DNA from: Candidatus Nanopelagicaceae bacterium
GTDB lineage: Bacteria; Actinomycetota; Actinomycetes; Nanopelagicales; Nanopelagicaceae
DNA length: 55,129 nucleotides
Assembly: GCA_947460855.1 (NCBI GenBank)
Contig: CANHGU010000001.1
Span: forward strand, 1 to 55,129
Direction of reading: 5' to 3'
Under the pieces are notes generated by a model. It was given only the letters and a program-made list of their open reading frames with translations, was not told where the DNA came from and did not search any database. Each line of letters opens with the position of its first letter. The first letter of the stretch is position 1. The position numbers were made by a program, and so were the translations under genes. Below, one piece after another: positions 12,979 through 23,975 of this stretch.

Positions 12979-15047
12979 TAGTTGCCCGCCTCCTGCATTC
13001 CTTTTAGCTCTCGCTTTAACTCTCTAATCTCATCCCGCAATCTAGCGGCTAGTTCAAAACTTAACTCAGAAGCAGCAGATCTCATCTGCAGCGTCAATGA
13101 TTCGATCAGGGCGATTAGCTCCTGTCTTGGTAGTGAGTGGGCATTCTTACTATGGATACCACTGGTAAAGCCAATTTTTTTGTTAGTGGCGGTTAAATCT
13201 TCTGTGTCTTCAATTTCTTTTGAAATCAGATCTGTAATATCCGCAATTTTTTTGCGGAGTGGGGTTGGATCAATACCGTGTTCAGTGTTATATGCAACCT
13301 GCTTTGCTCTTCTTCGATTAGTCTCATCAATTGCATTTGTCATTGATTTTGTCATGTTATCGGCATACATATGCACCTCACCGGAAACATTTCTGGCAGC
13401 TCGACCAATTGTCTGAATCAATGAAGTTGTAGACCTTAAGAAGCCTTCTTTATCGGCATCCAAAATTGCAACAAGTGATACCTCAGGTAGATCTAATCCT
13501 TCTCGAAGAAGATTTATTCCAATCAATACGTCATACTCACCAGTTCTTAATTCTCTCAAAAGCTCGACTCTTCGCAACGTATCTACCTCAGAGTGTAAGT
13601 ATCTAACCTTCACTCCAAGCCCAAGCATGTAATCAGTTAAATCTTCTGACATTTTTTTAGTCAAAGTCGTGACAAGGACTCGCTCATTTCTCTCAGCTCG
13701 GAGTCTAATTTCATTTATCAAATCATCAATTTGGCCCTTTATAGGCTTTACGACAATTTTTGGATCGATTAATCCTGTTGGCCTAATTACTTGTTCAACT
13801 ACATTATTTTTACATTTCTCTAATTCATATTTGCCGGGAGTGGCAGATAAATAAACTTTTTGACCACATCTATCTAAGAACTCGGCGAACTTTAAGGGCC
13901 TATTATCCATTGCGCTAGGTAAGCGAAATCCATGCTCGACTAATGTTCGTTTTCTCGCTGCATCACCTTCATGCATCGCGCCGATTTGAGGAACTGTCAC
14001 ATGGGATTCGTCGATAACTACTAAGAAATCCTCTGGAAAATAATCAAGTAAACAGTTTGGCGCGGAACCAGCTGCTCTGCCATCTAATTGGCGAGAGTAG
14101 TTTTCGATACCGGAGCAAAAACCAAGTTGTTGCATCATCTCTATATCAAAGGTAGTCCTCATCTTAATTCGCTGAGCTTCAAGCAACTTTCCAGATCTTT
14201 CAAACTCATCTACCCTTTTTTCTAACTCAGATTCAATCTCACCAATTGCACGCTGCATCGTTTCCGGGCCTGCCGCATAGTGGGTAGCTGGGAATACGTA
14301 CATTTCATTTTCATCCCTAACAATCTCGCCAGTTAAAGGATGTAGTGTCATTATTTTTTCAATTTCATCACCAAACATTTCAATACGCAGGGCTAGTTCT
14401 TCATACATTGGAATAATTTCGATCGTGTCGCCTCTAACTCGAAAAGTTCCACGCTCGAATGCCATGTCATTTCGCTTGTATTGAATGTCAACAAATTTTC
14501 TTAGCAACTGGTTTCGATCAATCGAATCACCCACCTTTAAACGAACCATTCGATCCACATATTCTTGAGGTGTTCCTAGGCCATAAATACAGGAAACTGT
14601 TGCTACAACTATCACATCTCTTCTAGTCAATAGAGAGTTAGTTGCTGAGTGTCGTAACCTCTCAACCTCATCATTTACCGATGAGTCTTTCTCAATAAAT
14701 GTATCGGTCTGTGGAACATAGGCCTCAGGTTGATAATAGTCATAGTAGGAAACGAAGTACTCAACCGCATTATTTGGTAGTAACTCTTTAAATTCATTGG
14801 CGAGTTGCGCGGCTAAAGTTTTATTTGGAGCAATTACCAAGGTTGGTCTTTGCAATTGTTCAATTAACCAAGCAGTAGTTGCAGACTTACCTGTTCCAGT
14901 AGCACCAAGTAAGACAATATCTTGCTCCTCTTTGCTAATACGCCTTACTAACTCTGCTATGGCAGAAGGTTGATCACCTGCTGGAACATAGTCACTGATA
15001 ACTTTAAATGGTTCGACCCGCCTGGCTAGATCAGTTATTGGCCGCAT
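12978..15047 (-). CDS. uvrB: excinuclease ABC subunit B
   Basis: [32 protein letters not shown]-terminal UVR coiled coil. Confidence 0.99.
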   Translation of the reverse strand: MRPITDLARRVEPFKVISDYVPAGDQPSAIAELVRRISKEEQDIVLLGATGTGKSATTAWLIEQLQRPTLVIAPNKTLAAQLANEFKELLPNNAVEYFVSYYDYYQPEAYVPQTDTFIEKDSSVNDEVERLRHSATNSLLTRRDVIVVATVSCIYGLGTPQEYVDRMVRLKVGDSIDRNQLLRKFVDIQYKRNDMAFERGTFRVRGDTIEIIPMYEELALRIEMFGDEIEKIMTLHPLTGEIVRDENEMYVFPATHYAAGPETMQRAIGEIESELEKRVDEFERSGKLLEAQRIKMRTTFDIEMMQQLGFCSGIENYSRQLDGRAAGSAPNCLLDYFPEDFLVVIDESHVTVPQIGAMHEGDAARKRTLVEHGFRLPSAMDNRPLKFAEFLDRCGQKVYLSATPGKYELEKCKNNVVEQVIRPTGLIDPKIVVKPIKGQIDDLINEIRLRAERNERVLVTTLTKKMSEDLTDYMLGLGVKVRYLHSEVDTLRRVELLRELRTGEYDVLIGINLLREGLDLPEVSLVAILDADKEGFLRSTTSLIQTIGRAARNVSGEVHMYADNMTKSMTNAIDETNRRRAKQVAYNTEHGIDPTPLRKKIADITDLISKEIEDTEDLTATNKKIGFTSGIHSKNAHSLPRQELIALIESLTLQMRSAASELSFELAARLRDEIRELKRELKGMQEAGN

Positions 15048-15643
15048 TACTTACTCACATTTTTGGATAGCAACTGTTCCCATATTTTATTAACCTGAGA
15101 TGAAAGCTCCTGCTCTTCTTTTTCGTTAGTTATTACAGAGTCTGCTATATCCTCTCTCATCTGATCAGTTGCCTGAGCCTGCATACGCTGTCTTATTTGA
15201 TCACCTGTTAAGCCACGCTTTAACAATCTTTGAGTGCGAATATCTTCGGAAGCTAAGACCGTAATTACGTGATCAAACCTGTAATCATGATTTGATTCAA
15301 CTAGAAGCGGGATTTGATTTATTACGATTGCGTTAGGTGAAGATCTGGCTAGAACATCTGCAAAAGCTTTACGGATTAGTGGATGAGTAACTTGTTCCAA
15401 TTCAGAGCGTTTTATAGGATCCTTAAAGACTATTGACGCCAATAGTTGCCGATCGATCTCACCATTCTTTAGAATCGCATCACCAAACCTGGCAACTACC
15501 TCATTAAAACCAGTGCTTCCACGATCTAGCACATCGCGGGCTAATTGATCAGAATCAACCACGATTGCGCCAAGCTGAGCGAAAATCTTACCTACCGTTG
15601 ATTTGCCGGATCCAATTCCTCCGGTTAAAGCCACTACTAACAT
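15047..15643 (-). CDS. coaE: dephospho-CoA kinase
   Basis: [11 protein letters not shown]-loop, IDR..LA..VF, IPLLVE; located between rpsA and uvrB. Confidence 0.96.
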   Translation of the reverse strand: MLVVALTGGIGSGKSTVGKIFAQLGAIVVDSDQLARDVLDRGSTGFNEVVARFGDAILKNGEIDRQLLASIVFKDPIKRSELEQVTHPLIRKAFADVLARSSPNAIVINQIPLLVESNHDYRFDHVITVLASEDIRTQRLLKRGLTGDQIRQRMQAQATDQMREDIADSVITNEKEEQELSSQVNKIWEQLLSKNVSK

Positions 15644-15650
15644 AAGTTAA

Positions 15651-15660
15651 ACCCTACACA
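15651..15660 (-). promoter_or_regulatory. putative extended -10 for a leaderless coaE-uvrBAC transcript
   Basis: Minus strand TGTG-TAGGGT-ttaactt-ATG (7 nt to start codon), no SD. Confidence 0.55.
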
Positions 15661-15662
15661 AT

Positions 15663-15690
15663 AAAAAATGGCCTCAGTTTCCTGAGGCCA
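15663..15690 (-). terminator. intrinsic terminator after rpsA
   Basis: Perfect 9-bp stem TGGCCTCAG-GAAA-CTGAGGCCA followed by TTTTTT on the minus strand, 14 nt after the rpsA stop. Confidence 0.85.
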
Positions 15691-15704
15691 AATTTAATTA
15701 ACTA

Positions 15705-17048
15705 TTACTCACCTGCTGGAGCAGCAGGTGCGGCAGCATCGGCTGCTTTGGCTTCAGATTTCTGTTTTTTATGAGCCATAAAGCGTGATTGCGCTTCTGC
15801 ATATTGGCGCTCCCACTCTTCCCGCTGACTTTCATACCCTGGCTTCCATTCTTGAGTATCTGAGTCAAATCCTTCTGGGTAGATAAAGTTTCCAGCGGCA
15901 TCATATCGAGCTGGCATTCCATACTGAGTTGGATCAAACGCCTCTACCTCAACCTCTTGGCCTTCGTTAGCTTGCTTCAATGAAAGTGAAATGCGTCGTC
16001 GCTCTAGATCTATATCGATGATCTTTACAAATAGCTTATCTCCGACCTGTACGACCTGCTCAGGAATTTCAACATGGCGCTCAGCAAGTTCTGATATGTG
16101 AACTAGTCCTTCGATACCTTCAAAGACCTTAATGAATGCACCAAATGGAACAAGTTTTGTAACTTCACCCGGTACAACCTGATTAATTGTATGAGTACGA
16201 GCAAAGGCTTGCCATGGATCCTCTTGAGTAGCTTTGAGTGAGAGTGAAACACGTTCTCTTTCAAAATCTACCTCAAGTACTTCAACTGTAACCTCATCGC
16301 CGACTTCTACTACCTCAGATGGATGGTCAATATGTTTCCATGAGAGCTCGGAAACGTGAACTAACCCATCCACACCACCTAAATCAACAAATGCACCAAA
16401 GTTAACAATAGAAGAGATAACACCAGAACGAACCTGGCCTTTTGTTAGTTGATTTAAGAATGTAGTACGTGAAGCAGATTGTGATTGCTCAAGGAATGCT
16501 CTGCGAGAAAGCACTACGTTGTTTCTATTCTTATCTAGCTCAATAATTCGACATTCAACTTGCTGCCCAATATAAGGAGTCAAATCGCGTACTCTACGCA
16601 TTTCAACAAGTGAAGCTGGTAGGAAGCCGCGAAGGCCTATATCAACAATCAATCCACCTTTTACAACTTCAATAACTGTTCCAGTGACTACCTCATCGCG
16701 CTCTTTCTTTCCTTCAACATCGCCCCACGCTTGTTCATATTGGGCACGCTTTTTAGAAAGTATTAAACGTCCTTCTTTATCTTCCTTTTGAAGTACTAAG
16801 GCTTCAATGCGATCGCCTACTTTAACTAATTCACTTGGAGCAACATCGTGACGAATAGAAAGCTCGCGAGATGGAATTACACCCTCTGTTTTATAACCAA
16901 TATCAAGTAATACTTCTTCGCGATCAATTTGGACAACAATTCCAGAGACTAAATCTCCATCATTAAAATTCTTTATTGTGCCTTCGATTGCGGCTAAAAA
17001 ATCTTCTGCGGAACCAACATCATTTACGGCTATTTGAGAAGGGGTCAT
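15705..17048 (-). CDS. rpsA: 30S ribosomal protein S1
   Basis: Actinobacterial-type S1: QIAVND..FLAAI, four S1 repeats, C-terminal GNFIYPEGFD. Confidence 0.98.
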   Translation of the reverse strand: MTPSQIAVNDVGSAEDFLAAIEGTIKNFNDGDLVSGIVVQIDREEVLLDIGYKTEGVIPSRELSIRHDVAPSELVKVGDRIEALVLQKEDKEGRLILSKKRAQYEQAWGDVEGKKERDEVVTGTVIEVVKGGLIVDIGLRGFLPASLVEMRRVRDLTPYIGQQVECRIIELDKNRNNVVLSRRAFLEQSQSASRTTFLNQLTKGQVRSGVISSIVNFGAFVDLGGVDGLVHVSELSWKHIDHPSEVVEVGDEVTVEVLEVDFERERVSLSLKATQEDPWQAFARTHTINQVVPGEVTKLVPFGAFIKVFEGIEGLVHISELAERHVEIPEQVVQVGDKLFVKIIDIDLERRRISLSLKQANEGQEVEVEAFDPTQYGMPARYDAAGNFIYPEGFDSDTQEWKPGYESQREEWERQYAEAQSRFMAHKKQKSEAKAADAAAPAAPAGE

Positions 17049-17098
17049 TAGATATTTGTACTCCGAGGGTAAATCACTAGTAGGGACAGGGACGGGTA

Positions 17099-17127
17099 AG
17101 GTTACTTTTTAATCGCTTTCGGGTCAA
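17099..17127 (-). promoter_or_regulatory. sigmaA-type promoter of rpsA
   Basis: Minus strand TTGACC (17127-17122), 17-nt spacer, TAACCT (17104-17099). Confidence 0.75.
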
Positions 17128-17248
17128 ACTGAGGTATTTTGAATCAATCTTGATATTTATGAAGGCAAAAAAGTTCTTAACATGGCCAGAAATCCATTTT
17201 AGGAGCCAATATAGAGAATTTCACCAGTTCTCTTCAAAATTCAAACAA

Positions 17249-19822
17249 TTAGTGAGCAGCTAAATCCCAGCTCTTCCCAAATCCAATGTTCACGTCTAGG
17301 GGAACTCTTAGTTTGTATGCGTTCTCCATTTCAGACTTTACAATTTCCTTAAGATTTTCTTTTTCACCCACGGCAACTTCAAGAATCAGTTCATCGTGCA
17401 CTTGGAGCAAAAGTCTAGACTTAAGATTATATTCAGATATCTGTTTAGAAACCTTTAGCATTGCAATTTTAATGATATCTGCGGCTGATCCTTGGATTGG
17501 AGCGTTTAGTGCAGCTCGCTCTGCAATCTCTCGTCGTTGGCGATTCTCATGATTTAAATCTGGCAAATAACGCCGCCGACCTAAAACAGTTTCGGTATAG
17601 CCTTTTTCCTTTGCAGATATGACTACCGTTTTTAAATAATCTCTAATACCACCAAATCTTTCAAAGTATTTATTCATTAATTCACTTGCAGCAGCTGGAT
17701 CTATATCCAATTGCTGAGCAAGACCAAAAGAGGATAAACCATAAGCTAATCCATAAGACATTGCTTTAATGGTTCGCCTCATTTCAGCGTTCACTTCCGT
17801 AGATTCGACACCAAATACTTGAGAAGCAACAGTTGAGTGAAGATCTTCGCCAGATTCAAATGCCGAAATTAAACCTTTGTCTTTTGAAAGATGGGCCATA
17901 ATTCGCATCTCTATCTGACTGTAATCAGCGGTAAGCAAATCAGTAAATGGGTCTTGAGCTATAAAGCAATCTCTGATTTGCCTGCCTTCATCGGTTCTAA
18001 TTGGAATATTTTGAAGGTTGGGTTCGGTTGATGAAAGTCGGCCAGTAGCTGCAACAGTTTGCTGAAAATTCGTATGAATTCTTCCATCAGATTTAATCGA
18101 AGTAATTAATCCGTCAATAGTTGAAAGTAGCTTAGTTGTCTCCCTAATTCTTAAAAGATGTTTAAGCAAAGGATGCTTCGTCTTTATGGCTAGCCATTCT
18201 AGGCTCTCAGCGTCCGTAGTAAATCCAGTTTTAATTTTTTTGGTTTTGGGTAGATTTAATTCATCAAATAACACTACCTGCAACTGCTTAGGAGAATTAA
18301 CATTAAAGTCATGACCAGCTTCATTGTATGCATGATTTGTTTCATCTGAAACTATTTTGGAAAAGTGTTTTGACAACTCCATTAACTTATTTTGATCTAC
18401 AGCGATACCAGTAGCCTCAATTTGTGAAAGTAATACAAGAGTTGGCTGTTCCAGATCCCAATATAAATCGCTCATAGATTTTGAAATAATTTCAGCATTA
18501 AGTTCCTTCTGTAGGGAAAATATCCAGCACGCACTCTTTGGATCAAAGTTAGAAAACAAGTTTTCAGTATTTGGTGAGATTCCTAACAAACGCTCAGATA
18601 AATCATTCAATTCAAGATTTCTACTGCCTGGATTAATTAAATATGCCAGTAACTCTATGTCCGCGGCGAGTCCATTCATTTTTAATACCTTTAATGGAAA
18701 TTTACCTCCGTGGACATATTTTGGAATACTTGAATCGGAGATCCAATTGCCAATTTCTTTGTTTATGACGCTATATGCCTCTGATGCACTTATTGCGACA
18801 GAGTAAGAGTTGAGAATTCCATCAATCACATCAAATGAAATAGCAACTGGATCTTTACGACCAGAAAGAATTTCATCTAGTTTAGATGAATCTACGGTGG
18901 TAATGCTTATCTTAATTTCATTAGATTCAGAGCCACCAACATGAGGTAATGATTTCAGGCGATCTTTAAGAGCTCTTATTTCAAGTTTTTCAAAAAACAC
19001 ATTAATCGTATTGGCTTCAAAACCAGACCAGATCAAATCATCTACGTCGTACGGCAGTTTAACATCGTCAACTAAATGAGTGAGCTCTCGATTTAATCTA
19101 ACGGTATCAATATTAGACCTGAGTGATTCCCCTACTTTTCCACCGATTTGCTCAGCATTGTCTAAAAGTTTCTCGAGAGATCCATAGTCAACAATCCATT
19201 TTGTTGCAGTCTTCTCTCCCACACCTGGAACTGATGGCAAATTATCACTAGGGTCCCCGCGCAGTGCAGCAAAATCTGGATACTGAGCCGGCTTAAGACT
19301 ATATTTTTCAAATACAGCCTCTGGGGTCATTCGGCTCATTTCAGTAACGCCTTTTTTTGGATATAAAACAGTTATCTGGTCATTAACCAACTGAAATGCA
19401 TCTCGATCACCTGTGCAAATCAATACTTGATATGCCTTCTTATCTGCTGATTTACTCAATGTTGCTATTATGTCATCTGCTTCGTAACCTTCTAGCTCAA
19501 AATGTTTTATACCGAAACTTTCTATCATTTCGTTTATATGCGAAAGTTGTGAACGAAATTCATCTGGGGTTGCTGCTCGATTCGCTTTGTAATCCGCGAA
19601 TTTCTCAGTACGAAAAGTTTTTCTAGAAACATCAAAGGCAACTGCAATATGGGTAGGCTTCTCCTCTTTTATTAAGTTAATCAACATTGAGGCGAAGCCA
19701 TATATTGCATTTGTAGGTTGACCGGTTGAAGTTTTGAAATTCTCAACTGGTAAGGCGTAGAAAGCTCGGTAGGCCATTGAGTGGCCGTCTATTAGAAGTA
19801 ATCGCTTCTGGCTCGCACTCAT
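17249..19822 (-). CDS. polA: DNA polymerase I
   Basis: 5'-3' exonuclease (LIDGHSMAYRAF, YEADD, GDPSDN) and family A polymerase motifs (TGRLSS, ADYSQIEMR, QVHDEL). Confidence 0.99.
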   Translation of the reverse strand: MSASQKRLLLIDGHSMAYRAFYALPVENFKTSTGQPTNAIYGFASMLINLIKEEKPTHIAVAFDVSRKTFRTEKFADYKANRAATPDEFRSQLSHINEMIESFGIKHFELEGYEADDIIATLSKSADKKAYQVLICTGDRDAFQLVNDQITVLYPKKGVTEMSRMTPEAVFEKYSLKPAQYPDFAALRGDPSDNLPSVPGVGEKTATKWIVDYGSLEKLLDNAEQIGGKVGESLRSNIDTVRLNRELTHLVDDVKLPYDVDDLIWSGFEANTINVFFEKLEIRALKDRLKSLPHVGGSESNEIKISITTVDSSKLDEILSGRKDPVAISFDVIDGILNSYSVAISASEAYSVINKEIGNWISDSSIPKYVHGGKFPLKVLKMNGLAADIELLAYLINPGSRNLELNDLSERLLGISPNTENLFSNFDPKSACWIFSLQKELNAEIISKSMSDLYWDLEQPTLVLLSQIEATGIAVDQNKLMELSKHFSKIVSDETNHAYNEAGHDFNVNSPKQLQVVLFDELNLPKTKKIKTGFTTDAESLEWLAIKTKHPLLKHLLRIRETTKLLSTIDGLITSIKSDGRIHTNFQQTVAATGRLSSTEPNLQNIPIRTDEGRQIRDCFIAQDPFTDLLTADYSQIEMRIMAHLSKDKGLISAFESGEDLHSTVASQVFGVESTEVNAEMRRTIKAMSYGLAYGLSSFGLAQQLDIDPAAASELMNKYFERFGGIRDYLKTVVISAKEKGYTETVLGRRRYLPDLNHENRQRREIAERAALNAPIQGSAADIIKIAMLKVSKQISEYNLKSRLLLQVHDELILEVAVGEKENLKEIVKSEMENAYKLRVPLDVNIGFGKSWDLAAH

Positions 19823-19861
19823 ATTGGGATTCTAATTGCTCTACAGGTTAAACTACTGAAC
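19823..19861. promoter_or_regulatory. back-to-back leaderless promoters for polA and the PaaI gene
   Basis: Minus: TAGAAT (19834-19829)-6 nt-ATG of polA. Plus: TAAACT (19849-19854)-7 nt-ATG of the thioesterase. Confidence 0.65.
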
Positions 19862-20266
19862 ATGACTGAGTTCCTAGACGCAATTCGCCAACGTGGTGCT
19901 GGTGCCCTTGATAAGAAAATGGGCATAGAGATTATCGAGGCCTCGCCCAACCGCTTGGTTGGAACCATGCCAGTTGAAGGAAATACGCAGCCAATTGGAT
20001 TGTTGCATGGGGGCGCAAATGTTGTATTAGCGGAAAGCCTTGGATCGATTGGTACGCAACTACACGCCGGTGCAAATAAAAGAATTGTTGGAGTTGATAT
20101 TAATGCAACTCACCATAAATCTGCCACTAGTGGTTTTGTAACTGGCGTTGCAACAGCAGTAACACTAGGGAAAACTCTTTGCTGTTACGAAATAGAAATT
20201 ACTAACGATAAGGGTGAAAGAACTTGCAGTGCTCGAATTACTTGTTTGATTCTCGCAGACCGCTAG
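19862..20266 (+). CDS. PaaI family (hotdog-fold) thioesterase
   Basis: MPVEGNTQPIGLLHGGA..LAESLGS, VGVDINATHH; conserved position divergent from polA. Confidence 0.9.
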   Translation: MTEFLDAIRQRGAGALDKKMGIEIIEASPNRLVGTMPVEGNTQPIGLLHGGANVVLAESLGSIGTQLHAGANKRIVGVDINATHHKSATSGFVTGVATAVTLGKTLCCYEIEITNDKGERTCSARITCLILADR

Positions 20267-20268
20267 TT

Positions 20269-20973
20269 TTAGCCGCCAAGATAAGCTTTTGTAACCTCAT
20301 CATTTGATATTAAATCTCTAGCTTTTCCACTCATCTTTATAGACCCAGACTCAAGAACGTATGCGCGATCAGCAACGTTCAATGCTGCAAGAGCGTTCTG
20401 CTCTACGAGCAAAATTGTTGTTCCCTGATCATTAATTTTCTTAATTGTTTCAAAAATCATCTCAACTAGTACCGGCGCAAGACCCATAGATGGTTCATCA
20501 AGAAGCAATAGCTTTGGTGATCCCATAAGCGCACGACCTACTGCGAGCATTTGTTGCTCACCACCGGACATCGTTCCAGCTTTTTGATCTATGCGTTCCT
20601 GAAGTTTTGGGAATAACTCTAAAACTCTCTGGCGATCACGTTTAATTTCAGCTTTGTCATTTCGTAAGAATGCACCTAAATCCAAGTTCTCATCAACAGT
20701 CATCTTTGGAAAAATTCTTCTTCCTTCAGGTGATTGGCAAATTCCCTTTGCGACAATTTCATGTCCCTCAACGCCTTCAATTCTCTCACCATTAAATGTA
20801 ATTGAACCTGACTTCGGTTTTAGAATTCCAGAAATTGTTCGTAGCGTAGTTGATTTACCAGCGCCGTTAGAACCAATCAAAGTAACAATTTCACCTTGAT
20901 TTACTTCAAGGGAAATACCCTTGATTGCTTTGATATTTCCATACGTAACCTCTAAATTTTCAATTTTTAACAT
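20269..20973 (-). CDS. livF: branched-chain amino acid ABC transporter ATPase
   Basis: GSNGAGKS, PEGRRIF, MSGGEQQMLA, DEPSMGLAP, VEQN. Confidence 0.93.
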   Translation of the reverse strand: MLKIENLEVTYGNIKAIKGISLEVNQGEIVTLIGSNGAGKSTTLRTISGILKPKSGSITFNGERIEGVEGHEIVAKGICQSPEGRRIFPKMTVDENLDLGAFLRNDKAEIKRDRQRVLELFPKLQERIDQKAGTMSGGEQQMLAVGRALMGSPKLLLLDEPSMGLAPVLVEMIFETIKKINDQGTTILLVEQNALAALNVADRAYVLESGSIKMSGKARDLISNDEVTKAYLGG

Positions 20974-21755
20974 TATTTTCCGCTTTCAGATGATTTACCA
21001 AGGTAGGCCTCAATTACTTTTTTATCTGATTTAATTTCCGCTGGTGTACCTTCAGCGATTTTTTGACCACGATCTAAGACGGTAATTCTTTCTGAAACCT
21101 TCATAACAACCGACATATCGTGCTCAATCAGTAATATTGAAACACCCTTTTGATCTCGAACCCGGTATACAAAGTCCACGAAGGTTTGTGACTCTTGCGG
21201 ATTCATTCCCGCAGTCGGTTCATCAAGCAATAGAACTTTTGGCCTAAGCGCCAAAGCTCGGGCAACCTCTAAACGGCGTTGATCCCCATACGAAAGATTT
21301 CTTGCAAACTGATCTGCGGTATTGCCAATACCGACAAACTCTAGAAGTTCGCGGGCAGTCTTCTTTGATTCTGCTTCCTCTGAACGCTGTTTCTTAGTTC
21401 CCAATACTGTGCTGATAATTCCAGATTTAAGGTGAGAATGCATGGCGACCATGACATTTTCTTCAGCAGTCATTAGTCCAAATAATCGAATATTCTGAAA
21501 AGTTCTAGCTACGCCAGCTTGTGCAATCTTATGTGGAGGCTTTGCTGTGATATTTTTTTCATCAAATGTGACAACTCCACTAGTTGGCTTATATAAACCG
21601 GTCAGAACATTGAAAAATGTGGTCTTGCCAGCACCATTTGGCCCAATTAATGAAACAACTCCACCGGTTGGAATATCAAATGAGACATCATCAACAGCTA
21701 CGAGTCCACCAAACTTTACAGAAATATTATCCGCGTTCAATACAGATTTAGTCAT
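20973..21755 (-). CDS. livG: branched-chain amino acid ABC transporter ATPase
   Basis: GPNGAGKTT, ARTFQNIRLF, LSYGDQRRLE, IEHDM. Confidence 0.93.
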   Translation of the reverse strand: MTKSVLNADNISVKFGGLVAVDDVSFDIPTGGVVSLIGPNGAGKTTFFNVLTGLYKPTSGVVTFDEKNITAKPPHKIAQAGVARTFQNIRLFGLMTAEENVMVAMHSHLKSGIISTVLGTKKQRSEEAESKKTARELLEFVGIGNTADQFARNLSYGDQRRLEVARALALRPKVLLLDEPTAGMNPQESQTFVDFVYRVRDQKGVSILLIEHDMSVVMKVSERITVLDRGQKIAEGTPAEIKSDKKVIEAYLGKSSESGK

Positions 21756-22945
21756 TAGTGCCCACCAATATTTGAAGTCGAATCATCAGTTTCGTGAAGA
21801 ATTTGCTTCAGTCTTGACTCTGGCAGTAATCCTTCGCGCTTATAAAGCATCATGAAAATCAAAATTCCACCAAATAGTAAAAAGTTATAGGAAGGGAAAT
21901 TAATACTTGTTCCTAAAACATTATTAACAGTTTCACCAAATGCAGGCAGGCCAGTGGAGTTTACCCAAGCGATCGCAAGTGCTCCAACAATTACTCCCCA
22001 AACATTTCCCATACCTCCAAGAACTACCATTGCGAGCAAAATAATCGAAATAGAGAAACTAAATCGATCAGCGAATACACCATTAACGTGAGTCGCGAAT
22101 GCAACTCCACCAATACCGCCTGAAAATGCTCCAACTGCATAAGCAGCTAGTTTAGATTTCATTAAAGGTACGCCCATCATTGATGCAGCCAACTCATCTT
22201 CACGGATTGCAAGCCAAGCCCTACCTAGCCGGCCACTTCTAATCCGAAGTGAAATAAAAACCATTAACGCAGCTAAGCAAACAAATATTAAATACTTCCA
22301 ATCAAGATCAAATGGACCGAGGGTCTTGCCGAACAAACCAACATTATCAACTGGTGAAATTCCCTTAGAACCATTTGAAAGATTAAACCCAGCAATATTC
22401 TCACCATTATAAAAGATCTGAGGAATAATTTCACCGAATCCAAGTGTTACTAATGCTAAATAATCACTTTTCAGTCGTAATGTTGGCGCGCCAATAAGTA
22501 CGCCAAATAATGCACAAATTATCGCACCAATAAGAAGAACAATCCAGAAACTTAAATGTATTCCAGGTTGTTCTGGTGCAGCGGTAGAACCAAAATGAAT
22601 ACTAGTTTGGTGGAAAAAGTCTGACATAAACCAACCCGCGCAATAACCACCAATTGCCCAAAAAGCAACGAAGCCAAGATCTAAAAGGCCAGCGTAACCA
22701 ACAACAATATTTAGACCAAGCGCACAAATTACCCAAACTAAAGATTCATTTATCGTAGTAGCTGGAAACCATTTCTGGAAGAAATCAGACAGTGAGTAAG
22801 GGAGTAGATCTACAATGAATGCGTAAAAAACCCATATTGCAGCTGCAGCAATTGTAAAACCACGAATCCACTTAGATTGATTAAATGATTTTAATTCTTT
22901 AGAAATCTTTGATTTTTTTCTTAACTTAATAGTTGGGAATTTCAT
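21755..22945 (-). CDS. livM: branched-chain amino acid ABC transporter permease
   Basis: LGLNIVVGYAGLLDLG, LRLKSDYLALVTLGFGEI, GRAWLAIREDE. Start moved to ATG 22945 (MKFPT), 1 nt after the livH stop, with an AAGGTG SD. Confidence 0.9.
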   Translation of the reverse strand: MKFPTIKLRKKSKISKELKSFNQSKWIRGFTIAAAAIWVFYAFIVDLLPYSLSDFFQKWFPATTINESLVWVICALGLNIVVGYAGLLDLGFVAFWAIGGYCAGWFMSDFFHQTSIHFGSTAAPEQPGIHLSFWIVLLIGAIICALFGVLIGAPTLRLKSDYLALVTLGFGEIIPQIFYNGENIAGFNLSNGSKGISPVDNVGLFGKTLGPFDLDWKYLIFVCLAALMVFISLRIRSGRLGRAWLAIREDELAASMMGVPLMKSKLAAYAVGAFSGGIGGVAFATHVNGVFADRFSFSISIILLAMVVLGGMGNVWGVIVGALAIAWVNSTGLPAFGETVNNVLGTSINFPSYNFLLFGGILIFMMLYKREGLLPESRLKQILHETDDSTSNIGGH

Positions 22946-22946
22946 C

Positions 22947-23975
22947 TCACACCTTCTCAACCATCGGTTTGCCAAGTAAGCCAGTTGGCTTAAACACCAT
23001 CAACAGAATAAGGATTGTAAAAACTACGGTTTGCGACCATTGTTGTCCCAGGCCAATAGGCAGGCCATCATTTAATCCCTGTATCAAACCAATAAGAATT
23101 GCTCCTAATACAGCACCAGAAAGATTTCCAATTCCTCCAAGTACAGCTGACGTGAAGGCAATAAGTCCTAACTGATAGCCCAAATTATAATTTGTTAGTC
23201 CTCTAGTTTGCTGAAATAAAAGTCCTGCTGCTCCAGCAAGCGCTCCACCCAGTGCAAAAGTAAAAGAAATTGTCTTATTTACATTAATTCCCATTAATCT
23301 TGCAGCATCTGCATCCTGTGCAGTTGCTCGCATTGCCTTACCTCGCCTAGTTTTTGCAACGATAAAAGTCATAAAAATAAGTAGAGGGATAGTAACCAAA
23401 AAAGAGATAACAGTTGTATACGGTATGTGAACGCTAGAAATAGTAAACTCACCACTTGGAAGTACTGAATTCCAAGTTTTTGGTCCTGAACCATTCCAGC
23501 GAATTCCAATAAACTGAATGATAAATGAAACTCCTACTGCTGTAATAAGTGGAGCTAATTTTGGTGCTTTACGTAATCTGCGATAAGCAAAACGTTCAAT
23601 TCCAACATTTATAGTCGCACAAAAACCCATTGCAGCAATTAGACATAAAAAGAAAACTGCGTATCCAGTATTAGAGGGTGTTTCTTGCTTAAACCAAACT
23701 GTAATAAAAGTGGCAGCAAACAGACCACCAAGCATAAATAAATCTCCATGAGCAAAATTAATCAGCTCAATGATTCCATAAACTAATGTATAACCAAGTG
23801 CGATAAGTGCGTAAAGTACTCCGTTACTTATGCCAATAATGCTGGACTGGAAAAATTGCGATGGAGATTTAACAAGGTTTATAGCTAACCAAAAAAATAC
23901 TAATCCAATAATAAGTGTGGCAACGCTACGCTCAATTAACAAGCGGGCAGAGAAGCGCGTTGACGAATTTGCCAT
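22947..23975 (-). CDS. livH: branched-chain amino acid ABC transporter permease
   Basis: YALIALGYTLVYGIIELINFAHG, GKAMRATAQD, AVLGGIG. Confidence 0.93.
   Translation of the reverse strand: MANSSTRFSARLLIERSVATLIIGLVFFWLAINLVKSPSQFFQSSIIGISNGVLYALIALGYTLVYGIIELINFAHGDLFMLGGLFAATFITVWFKQETPSNTGYAVFFLCLIAAMGFCATINVGIERFAYRRLRKAPKLAPLITAVGVSFIIQFIGIRWNGSGPKTWNSVLPSGEFTISSVHIPYTTVISFLVTIPLLIFMTFIVAKTRRGKAMRATAQDADAARLMGINVNKTISFTFALGGALAGAAGLLFQQTRGLTNYNLGYQLGLIAFTSAVLGGIGNLSGAVLGAILIGLIQGLNDGLPIGLGQQWSQTVVFTILILLMVFKPTGLLGKPMVEKV

Noticed and set aside
17213-17233. AGAGAA...TTCTCT inverted repeat after polA as a terminator
   Set aside because: Weak AT-rich 6-bp stem with a large loop and no U tract.
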